From: an uncultured virus (IMG/VR IMGVR_UViG_3300042455_001744)
Taxonomy: Duplodnaviria; Heunggongvirae; Uroviricota; Caudoviricetes
Direction: 5' to 3' (one strand)
Virus record (IMG/VR): IMGVR_UViG_3300042455_001744
Length of the DNA stretch: 64,000 bases
Shown: in pieces, positions 8,220-18,385 of the stretch
How positions within the stretch are numbered: position 1 is the first letter of the stretch
Layout of the letters: every line of letters starts with the position of its first letter
Position numbers and translations under genes: made by a program
The notes under the pieces: generated by a model
What the model was told of the DNA's origin: nothing
The model's input: the letters and a program-made list of their open reading frames with translations, nothing else
The model's database searches: none

Positions 8220-9122
8220 TTAATCTTTTATATTATAATAATAATCATTAATTTCACCTCTTAAATCACAAACGTCTTTATCATCAGGTAATTTCAATAT
8301 TTTTATTTTACCATATAACCCACCACCATTAAGTTCGTGATACAATTTTACTGCATTATACCAAGCATCACCATCTAACGCAATTATCACATTACCCATT
8401 GCTCTTTGATATATCGTATCAAATAACTTTTCAGACATATGTTTACCCAACATAGCTATACTATTAGGTAAAAAGAAACCATCAAAGACCCCTTCAACTA
8501 AGAAGATATCTTGATTCCAATTAATTAAACTTTCATTGAAAATTATCTTATCCTTCTCAGCTTCGGGGTTTTTATATTTAGCTCTAGTGTTTGGTATCCA
8601 ACTTCTTGCTATAAAATAGTTTAACTCACCTGATTCAGTATATGAGGGAACAATAACTCTCCCCCCAAATTCACCATTAGAACAAAAACCTATTTTATAT
8701 TTTTCAATAATTTCTTTGGTAATACCTCGACTAGTAAGGTAAGTATATGCTTGTCTTCTAATTGGGTGAGACTCACTTACGTCTTTAAATAATTTAAATT
8801 CATTAGGTAATCTCAGTTTTTCTTTCCTAACTTCTTTTGGTTTAAACTCTTCAGGTTGGAGAACATTATACACTTTCTTTTGACTCTTATTTCCGTATTT
8901 ATCAAATAATTTACCCAAAGGTCCGTGAGTCCCATTAACGTCACCACAACTCCAACATTTATAAACATGTGAGAAATAATTCACCTCAAGATTACCTTTG
9001 TGTCTGTCATCATCACATTCAGGACAATCAAACGATATTTGACCTTTTGATTCATAATGAAGATGTTCATCCCCAAGAACATCACGTAATAAATCCACTA
9101 ATATTTCACCATCATCTGACAT
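8220..9122 (-). CDS. DNA primase (DnaG/T4 gp61-like)
   Basis: Zn finger CPEC...CWSC, YLTSRGI, RVIVP, KYKNP, TOPRIM VEGVFD and ALDGDA. Confidence 0.9.
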   Translation of the reverse strand: MSDDGEILVDLLRDVLGDEHLHYESKGQISFDCPECDDDRHKGNLEVNYFSHVYKCWSCGDVNGTHGPLGKLFDKYGNKSQKKVYNVLQPEEFKPKEVRKEKLRLPNEFKLFKDVSESHPIRRQAYTYLTSRGITKEIIEKYKIGFCSNGEFGGRVIVPSYTESGELNYFIARSWIPNTRAKYKNPEAEKDKIIFNESLINWNQDIFLVEGVFDGFFLPNSIAMLGKHMSEKLFDTIYQRAMGNVIIALDGDAWYNAVKLYHELNGGGLYGKIKILKLPDDKDVCDLRGEINDYYYNIKD

Positions 9123-9183
9123 AACACAAAAAATAATAATAATTAATCATTCAATCAATCTTCACAAGTTTTATCAACCCTTT

Positions 9184-9191
9184 ATATTTAT
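9184..9191 (+). promoter_or_regulatory. Putative late-promoter motif ATATTTAT
   Basis: 17 nt before the first island gene; the same core precedes seven other genes. Confidence 0.5.
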
Positions 9192-9208
9192 TATATAAAC
9201 ACAAAAAA

Positions 9209-9421
9209 ATGCCCAAAGTAGTAACAATAAACAACATAACAGGTACAACACCTTATAATATATTTTTATGTGACAACCCTGTTACTTTATGTGTCTATAT
9301 CGGCACAACTTCAACTCTACCGTATTCATTTGACATACCAAACGTATTAACAAATCAAGATGATTACACCCTAAAAGTTGAAGATGAAAATGGGTGTATT
9401 AACCAAACAATTATATCATAA
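9209..9421 (+). CDS. Small beta-rich protein, paralogous to the N-terminus of 15044..17683
   Basis: VTINNITGTTPYNIFLCD..TLCVYIGT vs IQITDITGLSFPYNIYVCD..NQCILVAT. Confidence 0.75.
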   Translation: MPKVVTINNITGTTPYNIFLCDNPVTLCVYIGTTSTLPYSFDIPNVLTNQDDYTLKVEDENGCINQTIIS

Positions 9422-9426
9422 AATAA

Positions 9427-10554
9427 ATGAGTTGTCCATCTACATATTGTATAAGTAATACAAGTTTTTCAACATATAATGGTATATATAATTCTTCAGG
9501 AACTTACAACGGTCGTGATTCGTGGTCAGGTCAATCCAACGGATATTATATCTATTTTAACACAGGAACAACTCAATGGTGTTTATCAAATGTGCTAAAC
9601 GGAACTTGTCTTTTATCTGGAAAATCACCTTGTAGCTCAAGTTGCCCCGATTTATTTAGTGGTTACTTATCATCAGGTACTTGTCCTACACCAACACCAA
9701 CACCAACTGTAAACTGTTCTGTTTTAGATTTTAATTCTTTTTTTGACTGTGTACCCGTTAATTTTGTCACACCTACACAAACACCTACACAAACCAAAAC
9801 ACCAACACCAACACCAACAAGTACCGATTTTTGTGGTTTACTTAACGTTGATGTAACCGTAAATAATGTAACACCAAGTCCAACACAAACACCAACACAA
9901 ACACCAACAACATCAAAACCTGTTAATAGAGATAACACATTTAACGGTGACGTAACATTTAACACAATCAACACTAACTTTAATTGTCCTACTAGTAAAC
10001 AATTTAGTGATTGTAACGACCCTAACACAACTTACTCAACAACCGACGTTTTAATTGTTCCAAATGGAACACCAATAACTAAATATATGGTATTTAACGC
10101 CCTTGTTGACGGTGATACTAAATGTATATCATATATTGGATTAACAACCGACATTATTGGGGGTAATTCGATAAGATTAAATTCAAACTCATTAGGTTTT
10201 TCTAATCTAGGTGGTTGTAGTTTTTGTCAAACAACACCAATGCCAACCCCAACACAAACGATAACCCCATCAAAAACACCAACTCAAACCCCAACACAAA
10301 CGATAACCCCATCAAAAACACCAACTCAAACACCTACACAAACAAATACACAAACTCAAACACCTACACAAACACCTACACCAAGTTTTACTCCAACTCA
10401 AACACCTACACAAACAAATACACCAAGTTTTACCCCTACACAAACAAATACACCAAGTTTTACCCCTACACAAACACAAACACCAACTTCAACCCCGTTA
10501 CCGGGTAATTGTGACTCATCAGGTTATTCTTACATATATTCACCAGCAACTTAA
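9427..10554 (+). CDS. Cys-rich protein with Pro/Thr-repeat linkers (putative virion surface protein)
   Basis: 375 aa; four TP/TQ tracts between small Cys-rich modules; no signal peptide seen. Confidence 0.75.
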   Translation: MSCPSTYCISNTSFSTYNGIYNSSGTYNGRDSWSGQSNGYYIYFNTGTTQWCLSNVLNGTCLLSGKSPCSSSCPDLFSGYLSSGTCPTPTPTPTVNCSVLDFNSFFDCVPVNFVTPTQTPTQTKTPTPTPTSTDFCGLLNVDVTVNNVTPSPTQTPTQTPTTSKPVNRDNTFNGDVTFNTINTNFNCPTSKQFSDCNDPNTTYSTTDVLIVPNGTPITKYMVFNALVDGDTKCISYIGLTTDIIGGNSIRLNSNSLGFSNLGGCSFCQTTPMPTPTQTITPSKTPTQTPTQTITPSKTPTQTPTQTNTQTQTPTQTPTPSFTPTQTPTQTNTPSFTPTQTNTPSFTPTQTQTPTSTPLPGNCDSSGYSYIYSPAT

Positions 10555-10581
10555 TTAAGATAAAATAAAAATAATAATATT

Positions 10582-12813
10582 ATGTCATTTTCAGCATCAA
10601 CATGTTTAAATTATGTAGGGTCATATACATTATCACCAACACTTTCCGTATACAGTAACCCAGTATCACCATCTAACTTAGGGGTGTTTGTAACAACAGT
10701 CCCAAGTTCAGAGATTACAGGTGGTAATTGTCCTTATATTTTAGTACTTCCTGATGGTACAACAACAATTAGATTATACGATATTGATAATTTTTGTTAT
10801 ACCGACATACCCGTTAGTAATAATGATTTATGTGTTACTTGTGATTTAAATTTTAACAGTTACGTAACACCATCTGTTGGTAAAATTGTTGCCGGTGATA
10901 TTACAGGTAGTTGTGATGCTAGTATATCCAACTATCTTATTAATTGGTATAATGTTTCAGACCCTTTAAATCCGATATTTAAATTTAGTTCAGGTAAAGG
11001 AACTATGTTTGCCCCATATCTATATACACACCCATTAGTTGGTACTTCATCACCTTTATCAACATCAGGAACTTTTGAACCAAGATTGGAAAAAATTGAA
11101 CTTAACGGTGTTCTTTTCTCAAAAACTGAAATACCAGGATACATATTAGCCGAAATGGATTGTTTACCATCAATAGAAGTCACCGCTTTAAATTGTGATA
11201 ATGGTGGTGATAGTTCTGATTTACCACAGTATGAACATAAATTCTTTTATTCAGCAACAACAGGTGGTATAACACCCGAACCGTTAACCACCACCTTTGA
11301 GTTATCAGCAGGTACTAAGTATTTTCCGTGGAAATTTAAAGGTTTTTCAGTTCCAGATAAACTCAAATTAACATTTAGTGGTTCCGCATACCCACAACCA
11401 TTAATTTTAGAATATTGGGAAGTTGGTTCTGATTTAACATCAAATAATTTCAATTCAACAACGTTCCCTAAATCAGCCTCCACCGCCGAATATTTTGGTA
11501 AAGTCACAACTTTAAGTGGATTAACTGTAAATGCCGGTGACGCTATATTAATAGAAGTAACACCGTCAACCTCAACAACTCAAACAAGTTGGACATTTTA
11601 TTGTGGTTGTTTGGACACAGTTAATTGCGATATATGTATACCAGATGAAGTCCCAACAGATTCAGGTAACACTTCCTACACTTGGAAAATCGTTGAGTCT
11701 ACTATTTCCGTACTCGACACTAGTTGTGTTTCAATAATTGCAATGTCTCTTAGTGGTTGTAATATGTCTGAAATAACAGGAACAACAATTTATCAATACG
11801 CCGGAAGTTTTTATAATAATGCCGGTTACGCACGAATTGATAGAACTAATAACTATATTAATTATAATGGTCCAACTCCTGATTGGGGGACAAATTCCAT
11901 TTATTTCAACCAATTAACGTGTCAATATCCAACTTGGACTCAAAGCCGCTCATGTAACAACTTGGGTGAAGGTATAGATATAACATATAATAAAACCCCA
12001 ACACTATTTAAGGTAACTTCAAATAGTTTAACACCAATAACTATGATATACGATAATTATAAAAATTTTGTCGTACCATCTATATCACCATTTTCAGGTG
12101 ACAATACTAACATAGGATATTATAGATATTTTACGTTAGAATATACCACCGCAACAGGTATAACCCCTTGTGGTGACGGTATTCCTAATAATTCGATTAA
12201 TTTTCACCAAAGTTCTATAGTAACAACAGGTACAACTGGTAGTAATTACTTTATACAATTCACAATACCAATGATATCAGCAGGAATCACATATGATGAT
12301 TGTGATTTAAATTGTATCGGATACCAAAATCAATTGGTTGATTTTTACGTTAACACTTATTCAAGTTCAACATTTAATTATACAGGAACAACAAATGTTG
12401 GTGCTATCAGAAATAACGGAATATATTTTTTTAGAAGTATGTCCTCATCTGTTTCCACACAAACAGGAGCAACCTTATCCGGTGGATTCTATACCAGTTT
12501 CTATCAAAATTATACAATACCAGCATCGGGTACATCATACACCTTAATACCTTCGTTATCAGGAGTTACTTGCCCTAATCTTGGATTAATTACCAACAAT
12601 GGTGATAGTTTAACCTCTCAAAATATTCAACGTAATTATAACTATTATTACGTATGGGAATTTTTTGACGAAACCGCAGTTGCTGATAATTTTCGTATTT
12701 ACGCACATCGAATTAATGAATCAGGAAATCTAGTTTTTCCGCGTGAAATTACTCTAGTTTACGAATACTTAAACGGAACTCTAAATTACTCAAATTCAAA
12801 CTATTTAATATAA
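10582..12813 (+). CDS. Cys/Ser/Thr-rich beta protein, putative receptor-binding or fibre protein (paralog 1)
   Basis: 743 aa; colinear with 12832..15000 (PTLSVYSNPVS, NCP..L.PDGT, SGKGT, ELNGV.FS, YPQP..LE, LIPSLSG). Confidence 0.7.
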   Translation: MSFSASTCLNYVGSYTLSPTLSVYSNPVSPSNLGVFVTTVPSSEITGGNCPYILVLPDGTTTIRLYDIDNFCYTDIPVSNNDLCVTCDLNFNSYVTPSVGKIVAGDITGSCDASISNYLINWYNVSDPLNPIFKFSSGKGTMFAPYLYTHPLVGTSSPLSTSGTFEPRLEKIELNGVLFSKTEIPGYILAEMDCLPSIEVTALNCDNGGDSSDLPQYEHKFFYSATTGGITPEPLTTTFELSAGTKYFPWKFKGFSVPDKLKLTFSGSAYPQPLILEYWEVGSDLTSNNFNSTTFPKSASTAEYFGKVTTLSGLTVNAGDAILIEVTPSTSTTQTSWTFYCGCLDTVNCDICIPDEVPTDSGNTSYTWKIVESTISVLDTSCVSIIAMSLSGCNMSEITGTTIYQYAGSFYNNAGYARIDRTNNYINYNGPTPDWGTNSIYFNQLTCQYPTWTQSRSCNNLGEGIDITYNKTPTLFKVTSNSLTPITMIYDNYKNFVVPSISPFSGDNTNIGYYRYFTLEYTTATGITPCGDGIPNNSINFHQSSIVTTGTTGSNYFIQFTIPMISAGITYDDCDLNCIGYQNQLVDFYVNTYSSSTFNYTGTTNVGAIRNNGIYFFRSMSSSVSTQTGATLSGGFYTSFYQNYTIPASGTSYTLIPSLSGVTCPNLGLITNNGDSLTSQNIQRNYNYYYVWEFFDETAVADNFRIYAHRINESGNLVFPREITLVYEYLNGTLNYSNSNYLI

Positions 12814-12831
12814 ATTTAAAATAATAACATT

Positions 12832-15000
12832 ATGTCATTTTCCGTATCGGCTTGTCTAAGTAACACGGGTACATCACCACTAGGTCCAACGTTAAGTGTT
12901 TATAGTAATCCTGTATCAACCCTAAATCCAGGAATCTTTGTTAGAACAATACCAACAACATCAATAACAGGTGCAAATTGTCCTTTCACTTTTTTAGTTC
13001 CTGATGGTACTGAAAATATTCGTATTTTTGACCCTGTAAGTTTTTGTTATGTTGATATAGCTGTTAGTAATAATAATGTTTGTTACACTTGTACATTAGG
13101 ATTAAGTGGTGTTACCAATAACTTAACTTCACTTATTAACGTGAATGGTTTATCCGGAACTTGTGATAATGACATAAGTAACTTCGTAATTGATTGGTAT
13201 GGCCCAGCCCCTTCAACTAGTTTAGCATTTACATCAGGTAAAGGTACGTTATTTTCAGGTGAATACCAATATACCCACCCTATAAATAATGTAAACTCAC
13301 CAATCTTAATTGACGGTACTTACACCTCAAGAATTAGAAAAGTCGAACTAAATGGTGTTAAATTTTCTTCAACGGGAGGTACAGGTAACATAATTTCTTG
13401 TAATTTAACAGGTTGTTCGAGTAGTGTTATTGTTTCACCTTATAATTGTAATAACGGAACCGGAGGTCCTGACCCACTATATACTCATTATAAAGAATTC
13501 GTATATACTGATAGTAGTATAGCACCTGATTCATTATCCGCAGTTTTCGTTATAAACTCAACAACAAAAGCATTTATTTGGAAATTTGAGGGTTTAAGTA
13601 TATATGACACTCTTAAATTAACCTTTGTAGGTAGCTCTTACCCTCAACCAATTTTACTTGAGGAAATTAGGGTTGGTGATGACGCAGGAAGTGTCGATTT
13701 TACCCCAACTACTTGGCCTAAATTATATTATTACACTAATTTTAAAAAAATAACCGTATTAACAGGATTAACGGTAAATAATAACGATAAAATAATTATT
13801 AATGTCACACCTAACCCAAGTAATAATTCAACTACTTGGAAATACTCCTTTGGTTGTTCAACGTTACCTACCGCAACTAAAACTTGTTTAGATTCATATC
13901 GAAACAAACCTTATAAAATTAAAGCATCAACTATTCAAATATTAGGACCTGATACTTGTGGTAAATACAAAGTCAATTATTCTGTCAGTGGTTGTAGTGT
14001 TAATGAAACTACAGGTTTTACCGAATCTACATTAGTTAAACTCAACACAAGTTCAATTTTTAATAACATAGCAACCGATAATACCACCAAATTACTTGGT
14101 TTAGACACAGGTTATTCATTATATGACAATTTTAACGAAATAACAAGTTGTGGTCCGGGTCGTTCAGGTGTATGTGTTAACATTCCAGGTCAACAAATAA
14201 AAGTTGTTAAAACCGCAACAACAAAGGTTGAAATTTACTTTACTAGTTTGTCGGATTTAAACGTATATTACACTGATTGGTCGGCAGCTCAAGCATCAAT
14301 AGTCGCGTCTTGTGGTGCATACTCAAGTAATAGTTTAACATACAGTTATTATAAATTCATAAGATTATCAGTCTATAACGGAACACCAACTTGTGGTGAC
14401 TCAACACCAAGTTATGAAGAATTGGAATTCCATTATTCTTCAGTAATTAGTTCAGGTAACACAACTCCATACCCAGGATTTAATTACTATATGTATATTA
14501 CAACACCGTTAATTTCTAATAACTACGTTTGTCCTAACACTTGTTCTAATTGTAATAACCAAAACTTAGCCATCAACGCAAACGCAACTAGAAATTTAAC
14601 AGGTTACATTCGTAACGTAACAGGCTATAGACGAACAACACCATTTACTGACGTTAATGGTTTAAAATCACAAACAAGTACCAGAACCAACTCATCATTT
14701 ACAGGTAGTTTAGTTATTTACAATACTTATTCTAACCTCACATACCCAGCATCAGGTTTTACTAACACACTAATACCTTCGTTATCAGGTAGAACTTGGG
14801 ATTGGGAAAATCATACATATCAATCAGGTAATAATTACGCACAAACAGTATTTTCACATAATGTTGTTGTTACAAGTTGGTCACCATTACAATATAAAAT
14901 ACAAGCACAACAAATTTCAAATTTTGACACAACAGGTAATTATATTGATGTGTGGAGTAGTACTGCCGGTATTATAAATTCAACTTATGTTTATCCTTAA
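12832..15000 (+). CDS. Cys/Ser/Thr-rich beta protein, putative receptor-binding or fibre protein (paralog 2)
   Basis: 722 aa tandem paralog; near-identical leader (aaaataataa[t/c]attATGTCATTTTC). Confidence 0.7.
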   Translation: MSFSVSACLSNTGTSPLGPTLSVYSNPVSTLNPGIFVRTIPTTSITGANCPFTFLVPDGTENIRIFDPVSFCYVDIAVSNNNVCYTCTLGLSGVTNNLTSLINVNGLSGTCDNDISNFVIDWYGPAPSTSLAFTSGKGTLFSGEYQYTHPINNVNSPILIDGTYTSRIRKVELNGVKFSSTGGTGNIISCNLTGCSSSVIVSPYNCNNGTGGPDPLYTHYKEFVYTDSSIAPDSLSAVFVINSTTKAFIWKFEGLSIYDTLKLTFVGSSYPQPILLEEIRVGDDAGSVDFTPTTWPKLYYYTNFKKITVLTGLTVNNNDKIIINVTPNPSNNSTTWKYSFGCSTLPTATKTCLDSYRNKPYKIKASTIQILGPDTCGKYKVNYSVSGCSVNETTGFTESTLVKLNTSSIFNNIATDNTTKLLGLDTGYSLYDNFNEITSCGPGRSGVCVNIPGQQIKVVKTATTKVEIYFTSLSDLNVYYTDWSAAQASIVASCGAYSSNSLTYSYYKFIRLSVYNGTPTCGDSTPSYEELEFHYSSVISSGNTTPYPGFNYYMYITTPLISNNYVCPNTCSNCNNQNLAINANATRNLTGYIRNVTGYRRTTPFTDVNGLKSQTSTRTNSSFTGSLVIYNTYSNLTYPASGFTNTLIPSLSGRTWDWENHTYQSGNNYAQTVFSHNVVVTSWSPLQYKIQAQQISNFDTTGNYIDVWSSTAGIINSTYVYP

Positions 15001-15022
15001 TTTTAAATAAATCAACTTTGAA

Positions 15023-15030
15023 ATATTTAT
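15023..15030 (+). promoter_or_regulatory. Putative late-promoter motif ATATTTAT
   Basis: 13 nt before ATG 15044. Confidence 0.5.
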
Positions 15031-15043
15031 TATTAAATATATT

Positions 15044-17683
15044 ATGACATCAATTCAGATTACAGATATTACAGGATTATCATTCCCATATAATATATAT
15101 GTATGTGACGTATTCGGTAATCAATGTATCTTAGTTGCAACAGTTGACACAAACATACCTCCGACTAATCAAATATATTTACCCCCATTATTTAACACCG
15201 CACCTGCCGTTGGTGTTAGAATAATTTCACACGATTGTGAAAGATTTGAAATAGTTTATTGTTACTTAGTATTAACCAAAACACCAACCCCTACCCCAAC
15301 AATCACTCCTACAGTTACACCATCAAATACTCAAACACCAACAGTTACACCTACGTATACACAAACACCAACAGTTACACCTACGTATACACAAACACCA
15401 ACTCAAACCAATACTATTACACCAACTAATACGGAGACACCAACACAAACACCAACCCCAACTAACACAATTACACCGACTAATACTGAAACTCAAACAC
15501 AAACTCCTACTCAAACTAATACTATCACACCAACTAATACTGAAACTCCAACACAAACCCCTACACCAACTAATACTATCACACCAACTAATACGGAGAC
15601 ACCAACACAAACACCAACGAATACTATTACACCTACGAACACAGAAACACCAACACAAACTCCGACCAACACAATTACCCCAACAAATACAATTACACCT
15701 ACGAACACTGAAACACCAACTCAAACTCCAACTAACACAATTACCCCAACAAATACAATTACACCTACGAACACAGAAACACCAACTCAAACGCCGACTA
15801 ACACAATAACATCAACTAACACTGAAACTCCAACACAAACTCCAACAGTAACTGAAACACCAACTCAAACTCCAACAAATACGATAACATCAACTAATAC
15901 TGAAACACCAACTCAAACTCCAACAAATACGATAACATCAACTAATACTGAAACACCAACTCAAACTCCAACTAACACAATAACCCCAACTGTTACTGAA
16001 ACTCCAACTCAAACACCAACAAATACAATAACATCAACTAATACTGAGACACCAACACAAACACCAACAAATACAATAACATCAACTAATACTGAGACAC
16101 CAACACAAACTCCGACCAACACAATTACCCCAACAAATACAATTACACCTACGAACACTGAAACCCCAACACAAACGCCGACTAACACTGAAACTCCAAC
16201 ACAAACGCCTACAAATACAATTACACCTACGAACACTGAAACCCCAACTCAAACACCGACTAATACGATAACATCAACTAATACTGAGACACCAACACAA
16301 ACCCCAACGAATACTATAACTCCAACGAATACTATTACACCCACGAACACTGAAACACCAACTCAAACACCAACAAATACAATTACACCTACGAACACTG
16401 AAACCCCAACTCAAACACCAACTAATACGATAACATCAACTAATACTGAAACCCCAACACAAACACCAACTAACACAATTACACCTACGAACACAGAAAC
16501 CCCAACTCAAACACCAACTAACACAATTACACCTACGAACACAGAAACCCCAACTCAAACACCAACAAATACAATTACACCAACTAATACAGAAACCCCA
16601 ACACAAACACCAACGAATACTATTACACCAACGAATACAGAAACTCCAACCCAAACTCCAACAAATACAATTACACCAACGAATACAGAAACTCCAACCC
16701 AAACACCAACTAACACAATAACATCAACTGTTACGGAAACTCCAACCCAAACACCAACTAACACAATTACACCAACTAACACTGAAACACCTACAAATAC
16801 CCCAACACCAACTAACACAATTACACCAACTAACACCGAAACACCCACAAATACCCCTACACCAACTAACACAATTACCCCTACTAATACTATCACCCAA
16901 ACCCCTACTAATACTATCACTCAAACACCTACAAATACTATCACCCAAACACCAACAAACACAGAAACTCCGACTCAAACGCCAACAAATACAATAACAC
17001 CGACAAATACAATAACATCAACAGTAACTAAAACACCTACCCAAACGCCAACAAATACAATAACACCAACACCAACAACTATTTATGTTATTGCCGAAGC
17101 ATACCCTTGTTGTGGGACATACGTCACATATGATGTTATTAGTATTCCTATCACATATGCCGGAGTTGACGCTAATTATGTTGTTGTCGCAACTAATGGA
17201 TATTGTTATAAAGTTGGGACATATCCAGCAATAGGTTCACCAACCATTGTTTGGGATAACACTAAACCTGTTTACCCTCAAGTTGATGGTGATTTTGATT
17301 GCTTATCTTGTACTTCATCAAACCCTTGTCCAACACCGACACCAACACCAACAACAACCAATACTCAAACACCGACAAGAACTGTAACTCCGACTAACAC
17401 CATCACACCAACTAACACCATCACACCAACTAACACTGTTACCCCAACAAATAGTATTACACCAACAAATAGTATTACACCAACTAACACACAAACCCCA
17501 ACAAATAGTATAACACCAACTAACACACAAACCCCATCATACACACCAAGTCAAACCCCATCATACACACCTTCAAGTACACCAACACCAACACCTACAA
17601 CATTGACAGGTAATTTATTATTACTACAGACAGGTGATTACATTATACTACAAGACGGTACAGGATTTATAGAATTACAATAA
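15044..17683 (+). CDS. Mucin-like Thr/Pro-repeat protein
   Basis: 879 aa: small N-domain, about 600 aa of TPTNTI/TPTNTE/TPTQ repeats, Cys-rich domain, second repeat tract, C-terminal LLLLQTGDYIILQDG. Confidence 0.85.
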   Translation: MTSIQITDITGLSFPYNIYVCDVFGNQCILVATVDTNIPPTNQIYLPPLFNTAPAVGVRIISHDCERFEIVYCYLVLTKTPTPTPTITPTVTPSNTQTPTVTPTYTQTPTVTPTYTQTPTQTNTITPTNTETPTQTPTPTNTITPTNTETQTQTPTQTNTITPTNTETPTQTPTPTNTITPTNTETPTQTPTNTITPTNTETPTQTPTNTITPTNTITPTNTETPTQTPTNTITPTNTITPTNTETPTQTPTNTITSTNTETPTQTPTVTETPTQTPTNTITSTNTETPTQTPTNTITSTNTETPTQTPTNTITPTVTETPTQTPTNTITSTNTETPTQTPTNTITSTNTETPTQTPTNTITPTNTITPTNTETPTQTPTNTETPTQTPTNTITPTNTETPTQTPTNTITSTNTETPTQTPTNTITPTNTITPTNTETPTQTPTNTITPTNTETPTQTPTNTITSTNTETPTQTPTNTITPTNTETPTQTPTNTITPTNTETPTQTPTNTITPTNTETPTQTPTNTITPTNTETPTQTPTNTITPTNTETPTQTPTNTITSTVTETPTQTPTNTITPTNTETPTNTPTPTNTITPTNTETPTNTPTPTNTITPTNTITQTPTNTITQTPTNTITQTPTNTETPTQTPTNTITPTNTITSTVTKTPTQTPTNTITPTPTTIYVIAEAYPCCGTYVTYDVISIPITYAGVDANYVVVATNGYCYKVGTYPAIGSPTIVWDNTKPVYPQVDGDFDCLSCTSSNPCPTPTPTPTTTNTQTPTRTVTPTNTITPTNTITPTNTVTPTNSITPTNSITPTNTQTPTNSITPTNTQTPSYTPSQTPSYTPSSTPTPTPTTLTGNLLLLQTGDYIILQDGTGFIELQ
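15275..17080 (+). repeat. Degenerate coding tandem repeat, (ACN NNN)n
   Basis: A/C-rich, G-poor tract; blocks such as acaattacacctacgaacac and ataacatcaactaatactga recur many times. Confidence 0.95.
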
Positions 17684-17738
17684 TTTTTTATTATATTTGT
17701 TATGTAAAACATTTCCTAATTACAAAACAAAAGGGCAT

Positions 17739-17770
17739 AAAAAAAGGGAAGTTTTATCTTCCCTTTTTTT
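17739..17770. terminator. Bidirectional intrinsic terminator
   Basis: AAAAAAAGGGAAG-ttttat-CTTCCCTTTTTTT between convergent genes. Confidence 0.85.
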
Positions 17771-17784
17771 ATTATTAAAATAAT

Positions 17785-18384
17785 TTACCAAATTTTAAGT
17801 TGTTTCATAAATCCTAAAACACAACAATAAGCATCTGTTTGGTCAAAATTTTCTTTTTTCAATGTATTATTTTTAGTATATAACCACTGTATCTGTGGTT
17901 CTCGTTTTGCAACCTTTTCCCAAACAATCATTTTCTTATCAATATCTTTAGGTAACCCACCAAATAGAACAAATTTACCTTTATCATTTTCTTGAACTAA
18001 TTCAGGAAAAGCATTTTTTCTTGACTCATATGTTGAAATGAAATCCGGTATAATACCTAATGTGTCGTAAATTACTTTACAAACAAAACTATTAAATCTT
18101 AATAACGTTTGAACTGTTCGGATATTATTTGAATTTAATAATGGTTCTTCTATTATTATTTTAGTAATTCCTAATCCTTTATATTGTTCTAACTTTGTTT
18201 TAAAAATGTCACTTTTAAGTAACAATTCCTTAATTTTACACTCTTCTTTTGGTTTTGGGACTGGCGATATGTGTGTCAATTCTAACAAATCACCACTTTT
18301 AATTTCGAACAACGCCCATCCAATAGTTTTTGTTGAGATATCAAGTCCCAATACTTTGGGACTTTCTTTTAAAGTTTTTCTCAT
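17785..18384 (-). CDS. RuvC-like Holliday junction resolvase
   Basis: VLGLDISTKTIGWA, IIIEEPL, K..K and DQTDAY catalytic pattern; start moved to ATG 18384. Confidence 0.82.
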   Translation of the reverse strand: MRKTLKESPKVLGLDISTKTIGWALFEIKSGDLLELTHISPVPKPKEECKIKELLLKSDIFKTKLEQYKGLGITKIIIEEPLLNSNNIRTVQTLLRFNSFVCKVIYDTLGIIPDFISTYESRKNAFPELVQENDKGKFVLFGGLPKDIDKKMIVWEKVAKREPQIQWLYTKNNTLKKENFDQTDAYCCVLGFMKQLKIW

Positions 18385-18385
18385 A

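Noticed and set aside
10582..15000. Diversity-generating retroelement TR/VR pair
   Set aside because: No reverse transcriptase and no ~100-bp repeat differing only at adenines was seen; similarity is ordinary paralogy
15275..17080. TxT ice-binding or ice-nucleation beta-solenoid
   Set aside because: Pro every 4-6 residues argues against a regular beta-solenoid; no other support
15323..17530. Minus-strand Val/Gly- and Cys/Trp-rich ORFs (also 9663..10028, and plus-strand alternate frame 10224..10508)
   Set aside because: Antisense or alternate-frame shadows of the Thr/Pro repeats
15275..17600. Repeat tract as a CRISPR array or non-coding satellite
   Set aside because: No constant repeat with unique spacers; it is in-frame coding with third-position variation
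17692..17770. Small RNA from TATATTTG (17692-17699) to the terminator
   Set aside because: No -33 TTTG at the right spacing and no structure beyond the terminator
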